A stretch of 64,000 nt of DNA from Azolla caroliniana (Eukaryota > Plantae > Polypodiophyta): positions 9,796,001 to 9,860,000 of the forward strand of contig JBHGNT010000016.1 of the NCBI GenBank assembly GCA_043228905.1, in the 5' to 3' direction. A program made the translations under genes and the position numbers. This document shows, in pieces, positions 33,897 through 45,593 of the stretch; positions within the stretch are counted from its first letter, which is position 1; each line of letters starts with the position of its first letter. A model generated the notes under the pieces. It was not told where the DNA came from. It saw only the letters and a program-made list of their open reading frames with translations, and did not search any database.

Positions 33897-36350
33897 TGGG
33901 ATGCTAGGACACCGAAGGATGCTTGGGGAAATCTGAAAAAGATTTTCGCCACGAGCACCACAGCCAAAAAGCTTCAACTCAGATAAGAGTTGAGCAATGT
34001 CGATGAGTATGGAAAATGTTGTACACGAAGGCAGATCGGCCCCACGGTCGTGGTGGAAGAGGCATAAATTGATCGAAATGCCGACAACAATTTTAGATCC
34101 TCCACGGGTAGGGGGAGTCAAGGCGGTGCCGGAGGTCGGGAAGGAAAGGCCGCAACGGATTGTTGGTATTGTGGTCGAAAAGCCCACAAAGAGAGAGAGA
34201 GAGAGAGAGAGAGTGCTCGAAAAAGCGAGCCGATTCAGACCAGGCCGGTTCAAGCTGCGGAGACGCGGATAAGCGTTAGAGATCGCACTATGCCAGAGGC
34301 TCAGGGTGAGCCAAAACAGGCCCATCCTTCATGATGAAGCACAAAGACAACTCAATGGCAGTGAACACCTCAAGGTCGAACAAGGTGTAGAATATGGATT
34401 CAGGCGCGTCGAACCACATGATGAATCACAAGGAGTGGTTCTCGACTCTAGAAAAGCCTGAGAAGCCGGGGGTCGTTGAAACTAGCGATGGCACCACTCA
34501 CCTCATTGAACACATAGGAGATGTCCCTCTAAGCCATGTTTACCAGAAGGGAATCATGCATAATGTCTTGCATGTGCCCACAATCACCAAGAATTTGGTG
34601 TCGGTCGAACAGATTGTCGATCAGGGCACGCAAGTTCGATTTACTCATCTCCTCTGCTTCATCAAAGAAGAAGGCAAGATAATCGTGCAAGGGCACTGAG
34701 AAGGGAGGATGTTCATCTTCAAGACCAACGACGTAGGCACCATTATGTTTGTGAAATGATAGAAAGTTGAATCAAGTATCAACTTGTGGCACAAGCGGTT
34801 CGACCACATCAATTTCCCACAGCTTCAAGAGATATAGACGAAAACCATCATTTTCGGCTTCCCGAAATTCAGTGGCCGAGAGGACCAAGTCTACGAAGCC
34901 TGCCAAATGAAGGAAATCAGAGCTGAACAAGCTTGATTTGATCCAGTCGAATATATGGGGACTGACGGAAAATGTGAGTATTGGTGGAAGTCGTTACTTT
35001 GTAACCTTCATTGATGACTACACTCGGCACACTTGGGCATGCTTGATCAAGAAAAAAAAACAAACTATTCTCCTGCTTCTTGAAGGTGAAAAGCCTTGCC
35101 GAGCGGGAGATAGACCGAAAGATCAAGTGCTTAAGGTTCAATGGTGGGAAGGAGTACTTTTTCGATCAGTTCTCTGGCTATTTGTAAAAGGAAGGAGTTT
35201 GACACAAATTCTCTTTCAGATACACGCTGCAACAAAATGGTGTGGCCGAAAGGAAGAATCGGACGATCGAAGAAGAGGCTAGGGAAATGCTTGAAGAGAA
35301 GCATATGCCAAAGTTTTTTACTAGGTCGACGCCGTTAGGACGGTGGTATACCTGCAGAATCGGACTTCTGCAAATGGAAGAAACCAAATTTGGCACACTT
35401 GAGGGTTTTCGGTAGCATTGCATATGTGCATGTGCCGAAAGAGACGCAGAGGAAGCTAGATGCGAAAGCCAAGAAGTGCATTCTCATCGGCTACTCGGAT
35501 GAGCAAAAGGGTTATAAGTGTTATAACCCCCGAATGAAAGATGTCCGAGTAAGAAAAGATGTCGTTTTCAATGAGTCAACTTCATGGTATTTGCTTTCAC
35601 CTCTAACTCCCATCCACTCCATTCCGAATTTTGAGAATGAGGCTAGTGAGGCCGATGTGCCCCTAGTGGAAGAAGAAGTCAGAACTCTAGAAGAGAGTCC
35701 GATCTCATTTCCACCAAGTGGGCCGAATGAGCGGCTGAGTCGGATTGACTAATCAAATGATGAGCCGGCAAGCAATGGAGACATGGCCGTGCAAACCCCA
35801 TGCTAGAAACCGACGAGATGGGTTATGCACAAGGTACCGAGGCCGAAATGTCAAATTAAAGTGAATCTGACACGGCTAGAAGCAAGGAGGGACCTCCGAA
35901 AACAAAGTCGAAGTCGGCCGAGAGGGCCACGAAATCGGCGAACTAGAAGTTACACTGATCCACCAGCTAGAAGAATCTCGTAGTTCGGTATGGGTACAGT
36001 AAGTATATGGCGCATATGGCAAAGGTGGAAAATGTGTGTGAGCTAGAGAGCTACGTAGAAGTGGCGAAGGACACAAACCGCCATGGAGGAAGAGATGCAT
36101 GCACTGGCGGAGACCAAAACGTGGGACTTGGTTGACGTTCCGAAGGGAGTGAAGCTGATCGGATGCAGGTGGGTGTACAATGTCAAGTACAACGCCGACC
36201 ACTTGGTCAACCGATATAAGGCCCGATTCGTGGTGAACAGAAATACAACATTGACATGATGAGACCTTCGCGCCGGTTGCGAAGATGACAACTGTCTGTG
36301 TATTGCTGACAGTAACAACGGCAAAGGGGTGTCATTTACATAAGATGGAT
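33897..36350 (+). pseudogene. pol: Copia family A gag-PR-INT-RT remnant
   Basis: DSGASNHM; VLHVPTITKNLVSV; YFVTFIDDYTR; QNGVAERKNR; HLRVFGSIAYVHVP. Confidence 0.9.
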
Positions 36351-36839
36351 GGATTTCGGTTCAAACTATCATGACCCAAGCTTCGAAGAAGATGTCAACA
36401 TCCAAGAAAAGAAAATAGCAATTAACAAGAAGACAATAACATGACAAGATGACAAGAATTGGTATTACCATAAACCAAGATTACAAGGTGATTGAAGACT
36501 GACCTGTTAAACCGGAATGGTTCAACACTAAGAAGATATTCTACTTATATAGTTTATGATCGCCATTTGGCATACATGTTGTGTGTCACTTGGCGTACAA
36601 CGGGCATGCCATTTGGCGGTCATGCATTGTGTCTAGCGCTCCATAATTTTTGAATAATAACAATATGAAAATATATTTGTTAGTTAAAATGAGTGGGTGT
36701 AATGGTTAGAGTGTAAGACGCTTGTTTAAATGTCACAAGTTCAAATCTGAATATTGACATTTTGTGACACTACACGAACTCATAAGTTAGTTTTACTCTA
36801 TCGGCCAGTACGTCCACGAACCCATCTCACAGTTTGTGA

Positions 36840-37850
36840 TTCAGTTCCATAATATCTGGCACCAGCTAACATGGTAGCCCATGGACGATGACATTAAGGA
36901 AACCTTCTTGTGGCCTTGCGCGAGCCCGAGTACCTTCATCGTAAACTTGTCGTGAAGACTCCGCTTTAGCTTTTTTATTTCGGCCTCATTGATCCTTGCT
37001 ATCAGCATGTCATCGACATATAGGATCAAATATATCCGAGACTCGTTAGCCAGTTGCCGAGTATATAGACATGGGTTGGAGTCAAACTGGTTGTAGTCGA
37101 ATTGTCGGATGTATGAGTCAAACTTATGGTACCACATCCTTGGTGGTGCCTATTTTAAGCCATAGAGGCTCTTCTTCAATTGACATATGAGATGACCTTC
37201 CTACCTCGTCGCCGAGAAGCCAACCACTTGAGACATGTAAATGTCTTCCTCTAGATCTCTGTGTAGGGATGTTGTCTTTACGTCCATCTGCTCGAGCTCT
37301 ATGTCTTCTGTTGCTACGACCCCAAGTAGGAGTTGAAGGGTGTAGGGATGTCGTCTTTACGTCCATCTGCTCGAGCTCTAGGTCTTCTGTTGCTATGACC
37401 CCAAGTAGGAGTTGAAGGGTGGTCATTTTGACTATTGGTGAGAATATCTCGTCGTATCGACCCCATGTTCTTGTTTGGAACCCTTGGTGATGAGCCAAGC
37501 TTTGTATTTGGGTTTCTCTGAGTCAGATACATATTTGTATCTGAAGACCCATTTGCAAGGCAAAAACTTCCTTCCTGCTGGTAGTTCGACCAGCTCCCAT
37601 GTATTTCTGATGGATCGAGTCCATCTTGAATCTCATGGCTTGTAGACATGTATCGACATTAGGTGAGGATATAGCTTCTTCATATGTGCTTGGTTCGCAT
37701 GCATCACTGTAGTTGACGTAGTCGAGGCCTAGTTAATAGAACTCTGCTAGCCTTCTGACTCGTCTGGATCTCTTAAGTGCCGATTTTGTCGGTTTGATTT
37801 ATTCAGTCGACTCGGTCGGCCGATCGGTATTGCTTGTATAACTCGCCCCT
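36840..37850 (-). pseudogene. pol: Copia (G-like) RT fragment with a 79-bp tandem duplication (37261-37418)
   Basis: YLILYVDDML; EIFSPIVKMTT. The duplicated unit starts GTGTAGGGATG at 37261 and 37340. Confidence 0.85.
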
Positions 37851-37869
37851 GTAATAGGATTTTCACGAT

Positions 37870-39086
37870 GTCACGTGGAGGTTCTGGAACTGTTGTCAAC
37901 ATTTTGATTATGCCTCAAGTTCTACTCCTATCGACCACCTCCATTGTGTGCCGACTCGCCTCATCCACCACGACCCTGGGGATGATCCTGCTCTATGTAC
38001 AACATCTTGTTGTCAATGTGCATACTTGTTGACGCACCTGACTGGTTTTCTTCTACGAGCAACATCGATTGAAGCTCGAAAAACGGAGGTGTATTCTCCC
38101 TTGTGTAGACCCCCATTTGGAATGCTCCGAACTTCAATGCCAACCCTCCGAGGCAAACCTGCAACATTTCGTCCTCCTCGACATTCACATTGACAAAGGC
38201 GAGGGAGTCGCAGATCTCCTTGATCTTGGAGGTGTAGTCAGCCTCTGACATCTCTATCTGTCGGACATTGCTCAACTTCTATTTGAATTGAAGCTTTTTG
38301 GTTGTGGTGCTTGCAGTGAAAATCTTTTTCAGATTTCCCCAAGCATCCTTCGGCATCCTTGCATCCCGAACGTAGCTCAAAAGTTGATCGCTCACATAGG
38401 ATGCAAAGCAGAAGAGAACTTTGCTTGCTCCCTGTTCCTATGCCAAGAAATCTTTGTGTGTCAACTCAGGTGCTGCATCATTAGCTCCTTCGACATAACT
38501 CTAGTAACCGTGCCCGAGTAGGTACTAGTGCATCTTGTACGACCAAGATGCGTAGTTGGTCCTATCGGGCTTTTCGGTCAGAAGTGAGCTTCCCATTCAT
38601 CCATGTTCTTGTCTTTTCTCTTCCGAAAACGAGAAAACTTTGCTTTGACTTGTTTGCCAGCTTTTATGTCCGATGCAGAGGATTTTCAACCCTCGTGCTC
38701 TAATACCATGTGAAAGAATATGTGTGCGGAAGCGTGTGCGATAGACACTAAGTACACAATCGGTTTCGAAAACTCGACAATTAGGTATACACAGAGAATG
38801 GCGAGAGAGACAGAGAGAGCAAACAATAACTTCTATTATGAATAATGAATACTCTACACATACACTTTGCTCAGTGAGCACTTTTTATACAAGTCCCTGA
38901 CAAGTGGGGTTGACACAAGTACCATAAGTACTTGAATGCTCATAAATGAGCTTGACACTAATTCTTCCTACAATATTCCTATTTACTATAATAGGAATAT
39001 ATGCCCTCAACGATGTTTCGGAATCTTGACTCTCGACTCTCGGCTTCTTTAGTCGATTCGGCCCATGTTGAGCTTGTCTCTCAACA
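37870..39086 (-). mobile_element. Copia A 5' end: LTR 38709-39086, PBS 38697-38708, gag remnant
   Basis: TGTTGAGAGACAAGCTCAACA start, TGGTATTAGAGC PBS and DYTSKIKEICDSL. Confidence 0.9.
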
Positions 39087-39099
39087 GGACAGATTGTCG

Positions 39100-40374
39100 G
39101 AAGCCTTATATATTTGACCATCACCTGACCTGATCTCAGCTATCCAGTCGGTCTAATCAATTAATTTATGTTGCAACCGATGCCCGACCACCTTCAGTGC
39201 GCACATCGAATCTTGCGATATGTGAGCATCACGAAGGATAGAGGGTTGTTATATCGGGCAGGTGCAGTCGAAAAGTTAACCAGCTAAACATATGCCAACT
39301 GGGATGGACGCGCGGATAATTGCCAATTGACATCAGGATATGCATTCTCCTTAGGTGCGACAAGAAGTAGCCAATAGTGGCATTATCGAGCACTAAGGCC
39401 GAGTACAGAGGCGTGGTTGTCACGACATGCAAAGCCATCTGGCTGAAGCAGCTATTGAAAGATCTAGAGGTAGAGATGTCTGATCCAACAACCATGTACT
39501 ATGACAATGTGAACAGTATCCAGTTAGCCAAGAACCTTGTCTTCTACTTTCAGACGAAGCACATAGAAGTGCACTACCACTTTGTGTGCGAGCGTGTCCT
39601 CTCGGGTGAAGCGGAACTACAATATGTTCTGACTGATCGATAGGTCGCCGACATCTTCACCAAACCTCTCAGACTCAACAAGTTGCGGCAATTCTCGAGC
39701 ATACTTGGTTGCCAACACCTCGATGTGCTGAACTTGAGGGGGAGAGTAGAATCGGCTGAGGAAGCTGAATCCAACGAGAAAACGATTGGAAGAAAACCGG
39801 CTAAGGAAAGAACAACCAATTGTAAGGGAAGCGAAACGAGAGAGCCAAAGCCAAAGCCAACCGAACAAGGGGGAGGCAAAACCAAGAGAGGCAAGATAGG
39901 TAGCAGAGCCAAGAAGGGCAGAGCCGACCTAAAGATGATTTCTAGGACCATGATATGGTTGGATGTTGAGAGACTAACTCAACATGGGCCAGATCAGATG
40001 AAGACCGATCGGCTAGGCTTGGATCGGTTGAAGGAGCTGAGAGCCGAATCGGATGGAGACCGATCTGCTAGGCCAGATAGACTGGAGAAGCCGGCAGGCC
40101 GTTTGGGCCTATATTCCTATTCATAGAAATAGGAATATCTTTAGGAGTTAGTGTCAAATGCTCTTTATGAGCATTGAATTGCGGATAGTGCTCGTGTCTA
40201 TGTTAGAGGGTTGTATAAAAGTGCTCAGTGAGCACAATTGTATTGAATTAAGTTTTGTGGTTTCTCTCTCTCTCTCTCTCATACACAAATTGTGTATTCT
40301 CCATTCTCTTTGTTGATAGTGTTCAGCTTAGCCGACTGTGTTTATGTACAAACTATCGCATCTTATTTTCTACA
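39100..40374 (+). mobile_element. Copia A 3' end: RNase H, extension and LTR 39964-40374
   Basis: ALSSTKAEY; TKHIEVHYHFV; ADIFTK. LTR homology to family A. Confidence 0.88.
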
Positions 40375-41190
40375 TAATACTTCATAGTTCTTTTCCTATT
40401 GCTTTAGTTTCCTACTAGTACTAATATTCTATGACTTAACACAAGAATGTGTTGAGAAGCAAGCTCAACATGGGCCGAATCGGCTTAATAAGCCGAGAGC
40501 CGGATCAAATAAGGACTGATCATCTAGGCTCAGATTGGGTGAAGAAGATGGGAGGTGGATCAGTGGAGAGCCGGATTAGCTGGGAGCTAGCCAGCCATTA
40601 GAGGCCTACACTCCTACTTTAGTAGGTAGGAATAACTTTAGGAGTTAGTGTCAAATTCTTTTATGTGACCATTAAAGTACTGACAATACTTGTGTTAGCC
40701 TGTTGTTAGGGCTTGTATAAAAGTGCTCATTGAGCACAGTCATATGTACAAAGAGCATTTTATTTTTGAATTGAGTTACTTTAGTCTTCTGCTCTCACTA
40801 TCTCTCTCTCACTTACTCTATATCCTCCTACTCTCTATCTTTTCTCTGTTGCTATCTGGCTAAGCCAATTGTGTTCTGTTTGTAGTGTCTGCATGTCATC
40901 TTTACATGGTATCAGAGCACAATGGTTGAGAATCCCCTGTTATCGACAAGTGCTTTAGCACAAACAAACAAGCACTTAATTTTCAGACAATTATAGACAG
41001 GATAAATGGACTAAGGAATGGGCGGTGCTCTTCCGACAGAGAAGTTGGACAAAAGCAACTATGCATCATGGGAATACAAGATGCACCAGTACCTGCTCAG
41101 GCATGGCTATTGGAGTTATATCCATGGAGAAAACAAGGTAGCGCTAGAGTTGACACACAAGGATTTTTTGACGAGGGAGTAGGCGGCAAG

Positions 41191-42058
41191 TAGAGCCTTG
41201 TACTACCTTGCATATTGTGTCCACGAACATTCGAGATGCACAAACACCAAACGAGGTTGGGAAAATTTGACTAAGATTTTTGTCGCAAGTACCATGGCCT
41301 GCAGGTTGCAGTTCCATCAAGAGCTCAACAATATCCAACAGAGGGATATGACTGTGACAGACTACACCACGAAGATCAAGGAAATCTGTGATGCATTGGG
41401 GTCCATCAATGTGACAGTGGACGAGGATGAAATCGTACAACTTTGCCTTGATGGTCTAGCGCAGAGGTACGGGCTGATTAGAGCCTTGTACTACCTTGCA
41501 TATTGTGTCCACGAACATTCGAGATGCACAAACACCAAACGAGGTTGGGAAAATTTGACTAAGATTTTTGTCGCAAGTACCATGGCCTGCAGGTTGCAGT
41601 TCCATCAAGAGCTCAACAATATCCAACAGAGGGATATGACTGTGACAGACTACACCACGAAGATCAAGGAAATCTGTGATGCATTGGGGTCCATCAATGT
41701 GACAGTGGACGAGGATGAAATCGTACAACTTTGCCTTGATGGTCTAGCGCAGAGGTACGAGCTGATTAGAGCCTTGTACTACCTTGCATATTGTGTCCAC
41801 GAACATTCGAGATGCACAAACACCAAACGAGGTTGGGAAAATTTGACTAAGATTTTTGTCGCAAGTACCATGGCCTGCAGGTTGCAGTTCCATCAAGAGC
41901 TCAACAATATCCAACAGAGGGATATGACTGTGACAGACTACACCACGAAGATCAAGGAAATCTGTGATGCATTGGGGTCCATCAATGTGACAGTGGACGA
42001 GGATGAAATCGTACAACTTTGCCTTGATGGTCTAGCGCAGAGGTACGGGCTGATTAGA
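41191..42058 (+). repeat. 288-bp tandem triplication inside gag
   Basis: Units start at 41191, 41479 and 41767, with TAGA microhomology. Only one visible substitution (41760). Confidence 0.97.
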
Positions 42059-42498
42059 TCAGCAATTTGCATGAGGGAGAAAGCTCTCACTTTCTTTGAC
42101 CTGTAATCGATGCTTCTAATCGAACAAAACCACAAAGGTGCATCAAGGAATGTGCACTCTGACAGACAGATGTTGTACACGACGGCAGATCAGTAATGTG
42201 GTCGTGGAGGACAAGGTGGATCGGCACACAATGGTAGCGGCCGACAAGAGCAAAACCGAAGGCACAAAGGTGGTCCTGACAATTATGGACACAAGCAAGG
42301 GCAGTCAAGGTGGAGCCGGAGATAAACAAAACAAATTTATCGATTGGTATTGCGACTGAAAACGCCATAGAGAAAGCGAGTGTTGGAAGAAGAAGGCCGG
42401 TTCGGACAAATCTGGATCATGTAGAGCCGAACAGAGAAACCGACGGTGATCGCAATACGCCAAAGGATTAGGAGGACCCAGAACAGGCCCAACCTTTG

Positions 42499-45258
42499 TG
42501 TTGATGGGTAGGGGGTGAAGCCAAGAATGGTTGCACCCCCCTCCCAAGGGAGTTGAGCGTGAGGAAAAGAGAGAATAAAACAAAGAGTGACACAATTATT
42601 AAGAGGCAAAAACTACTACTCCTATTCATGTCCCCTATGGTGGGGCCATATGGGTACATTACATGAGGGTCACAATTCAAGAACATCCAATGAGGCTTGT
42701 AATAGCCTTCTAACAACCTAGAGCCACTTTATAACACTATTCATTTTTGCACACATTCACATAAATGTGCACGTGTTTACGCATATAATATACTCACAGT
42801 TACTCTTTGCACACTTGCACACATTTACAACACAGTATATTATATGTATAAACACGTGCACATTTATGTAAATGTGTGCAAAAATAGAATAGTGTTATAA
42901 AGTGGCTCTAGGGTGTTAGAAAGCTATTACAAGCCTCATTGGATGTTCTTGGATTATGATCCTCATGTAATGTACCTATATGACCTCATCATAGGGGACA
43001 TGAATAGGAGTAGTAGGTTTTCCCTCTTAATAATTGTGTGTGTGTGTCTCTTCTCTCTCTCTCTCACGCTCAACCCCCTTGGGGCTAGAGCTGTTCTTGG
43101 CTTCACCCCCCACCCATCAACATTTGGCACGCCCTACAACCCCCCCCTTTGAAGACGAAGTTGAAGAATTCTACATGGCTAAAAAAGATTGTTAAAGATA
43201 AATGAGGATTCTCAAGGACTACAAGATATGACACATATGCAGACATATTGAGGGCTTATGTGAGAGAGGATTTCACACCTCAGGTTATCAAATATGCATA
43301 TTTATATATGCATATTTATATGAAAGATGATCTTCCACCATGTGATAATAGAATGAAAGATCCCAAGAAGGAGAAAGTAGAAGATGAGGTGGATGGCCAG
43401 CACAACGGCGGGGATTGAAGCTAACGATGCAGCAAAGCAGGATGCCAACATTCATGAAGACCTCGGTAAGGAAGCCACGGACACGGACAACTGAACAGAG
43501 AGACGGTCGGCAGAGATGACCAAGATAGAGAAAGACAGATCTGAAGATGAAGACAAAGATAAGATGCAGACGAACCAACAATGGAAGATGACGACGATGA
43601 CTACTAAGAAGATGAACACGAGAAAGAAGAAGCATCAAATGACGAAAGAAGCCAGACGGAGAAAACGAAGGGACATAGACGGTGATGATGATCGAAAGCG
43701 AAGAGGAGGGAAGCAACAGAGGAGGAACACGCGATCACGCAACCGAGACAGAGAGAAAACAACAGATCACAAGGATAGAAAGAAGCAGAAGGAACTTGAA
43801 AAACCCAGCCACATACAGAGAGAACACGGAGAAAGAAAAGAAGAAATCAGAAAGGATTCTAGAAGCCATAGCTTATGGTTTGCAGACAGAAAGACAGAGA
43901 CAGACAAGAAGAAGATGAAGTCGACCAGAAGACCAAGATAGAAGAGGCATAGAAGAAAAAGACAAGAAGAAATGAGACAGAAAAGGGAGGGGCATATGAT
44001 TAGTTTCACAAACAGAAGGGCAGCAACACAATTTTCAAAACCTCAAGGGCAAGTAATAAAATTCCAGAAATTCAAAGGGCATCGACAAAATTTTGTAAAC
44101 TCACAACTCACATTAAAATAAAGAAAAACACATACACACAACACCATTTGAAGACCTAAAAGAAAGTACCCAAGTTACTATGTTAGCGGATGTGCCGACT
44201 GAACGAGAGGTTCGTGTCGTTGAAATATAAGTTCGTGTTACGCATGTTCAAGTTGAGAGAGTTCCGACCGACGCGATAGGATAAGACCGAAGGAGTTTCG
44301 GTCCAAGGACCAATCTTCGTGTTTATTGAAGGCATGTGGGTTCACCCATGCAAGGCATTATCCCATGGGTGTGCCATATATGTTATCTGTGGGATTCTAA
44401 GTGTATAAGTGATGGTACGTGGATAGATAAGTGTAAAGTCTTTGTGTTAACAGAAGGGCATCAACACAATTTTCAAAAACTCAAGGAGAAGCCATAAAAT
44501 TCCAAAAAACCGAAAGGCATCGATAGAATTTTGTAAACTCACAACTCACATTAAAATAAAGAAAAACACATACGCATACACACAATACCATTTGAAGACC
44601 GAAAAGAAAGTACCCAAGTTACTATGTTAGCCGATGTGCCGACCAAACGAGAGGTTCGTGCTGTTAAAATATAAGTTTGTGTTACACGTGTTTCAATTGA
44701 GGGGGTGCTTACCGATGCGATAGGAGAAGACTGAAGGAATTCCGGTCAATTGAGTTCCAGTCTAAGGGCCAATGTTCGTGTTTATTGAAGGCATGTCGGT
44801 TCACCCATGCAAGGCATTGTCCCACGGGTGTGCCATATATGTTATCCGTGGGATTGTAAGTGTATGAGTGTATAAGTGATGGTACATGTATAGATAAGTG
44901 TAAAGTCTTTGTGTTAAAAGTCATGTTGTAAGAGTATGCAAGTGTGCACAAGAGTAAGTGTGAGTATATTATATGTGTAAACACATGCATATTTATGCGA
45001 ATATGTACAAAAATGGAACAATGTTATAAAGTGGGTCTAGGTTGTTAGATATGTAACTAACCTACAAGCCTCATTGGATGTTCTTGGATTGTGATCCTCA
45101 TGTAATGTACCTATATAGCCACACTACAGGGGACATGAATAAGAGTAGTAGTCTTTGCCTCTTAATAATTGTGTCACTCTCTGTTTCTCTCTTCCTCACG
45201 CTCAACCCCCTTGGGAGGGGGTGGCGCCGTTCTTGCCTTCACCCCCCACCCATCAACA
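42499..45258. mobile_element. Family D non-autonomous insertion with an inverted left LTR; TSD CTTTG
   Basis: Inverted LTR 42499-42835, truncated 5' LTR 42835-43122, PBS 43125-43134, tRNA-like motifs 44331-44376 and 44790-44835, 3' LTR 44840-45258. CTTTG at 42494-42498 and 45259-45263. Confidence 0.9.
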
Positions 45259-45593
45259 CTTTGTAATGAAGCACAAGGACAATTCGATGAAAATGAGCAC
45301 CTCAAAGCTGAAAGAGGTGTGGTATATGGATTCCGGTCAATCTAGCCACATGATAAACCATGAAGAATGGTTCTCACATCTCAAAAAGCCGGACCAGCCG
45401 GGGGTCATCGAAATAGGCGATGACACATCTCATCCAATTGAGCGCACATAGGAGACATCCCTCTAGGCCATGTCGACCAGAAAGAACGGCTAAGGAGCGT
45501 CTTGCACGTCCTGACAATCACCAAGAACCTGGTGTTAGTTGGTCAGATCCTCGACCAAGGAATGCAAGTCTTGTTCACTCATCTCAGATGCTT

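Larger units (their letters stand above)
40450..45593 (+). mobile_element. Copia A element (LTR 40450-40906, PBS 40907-40918, gag-PR), host of the D insertion
   Basis: MGGALPTEKLDKSNYASWEYKMHQYL; GPTFV|MKHKDNSM restored across TSD CTTTG; WYMDSG. Confidence 0.9.
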
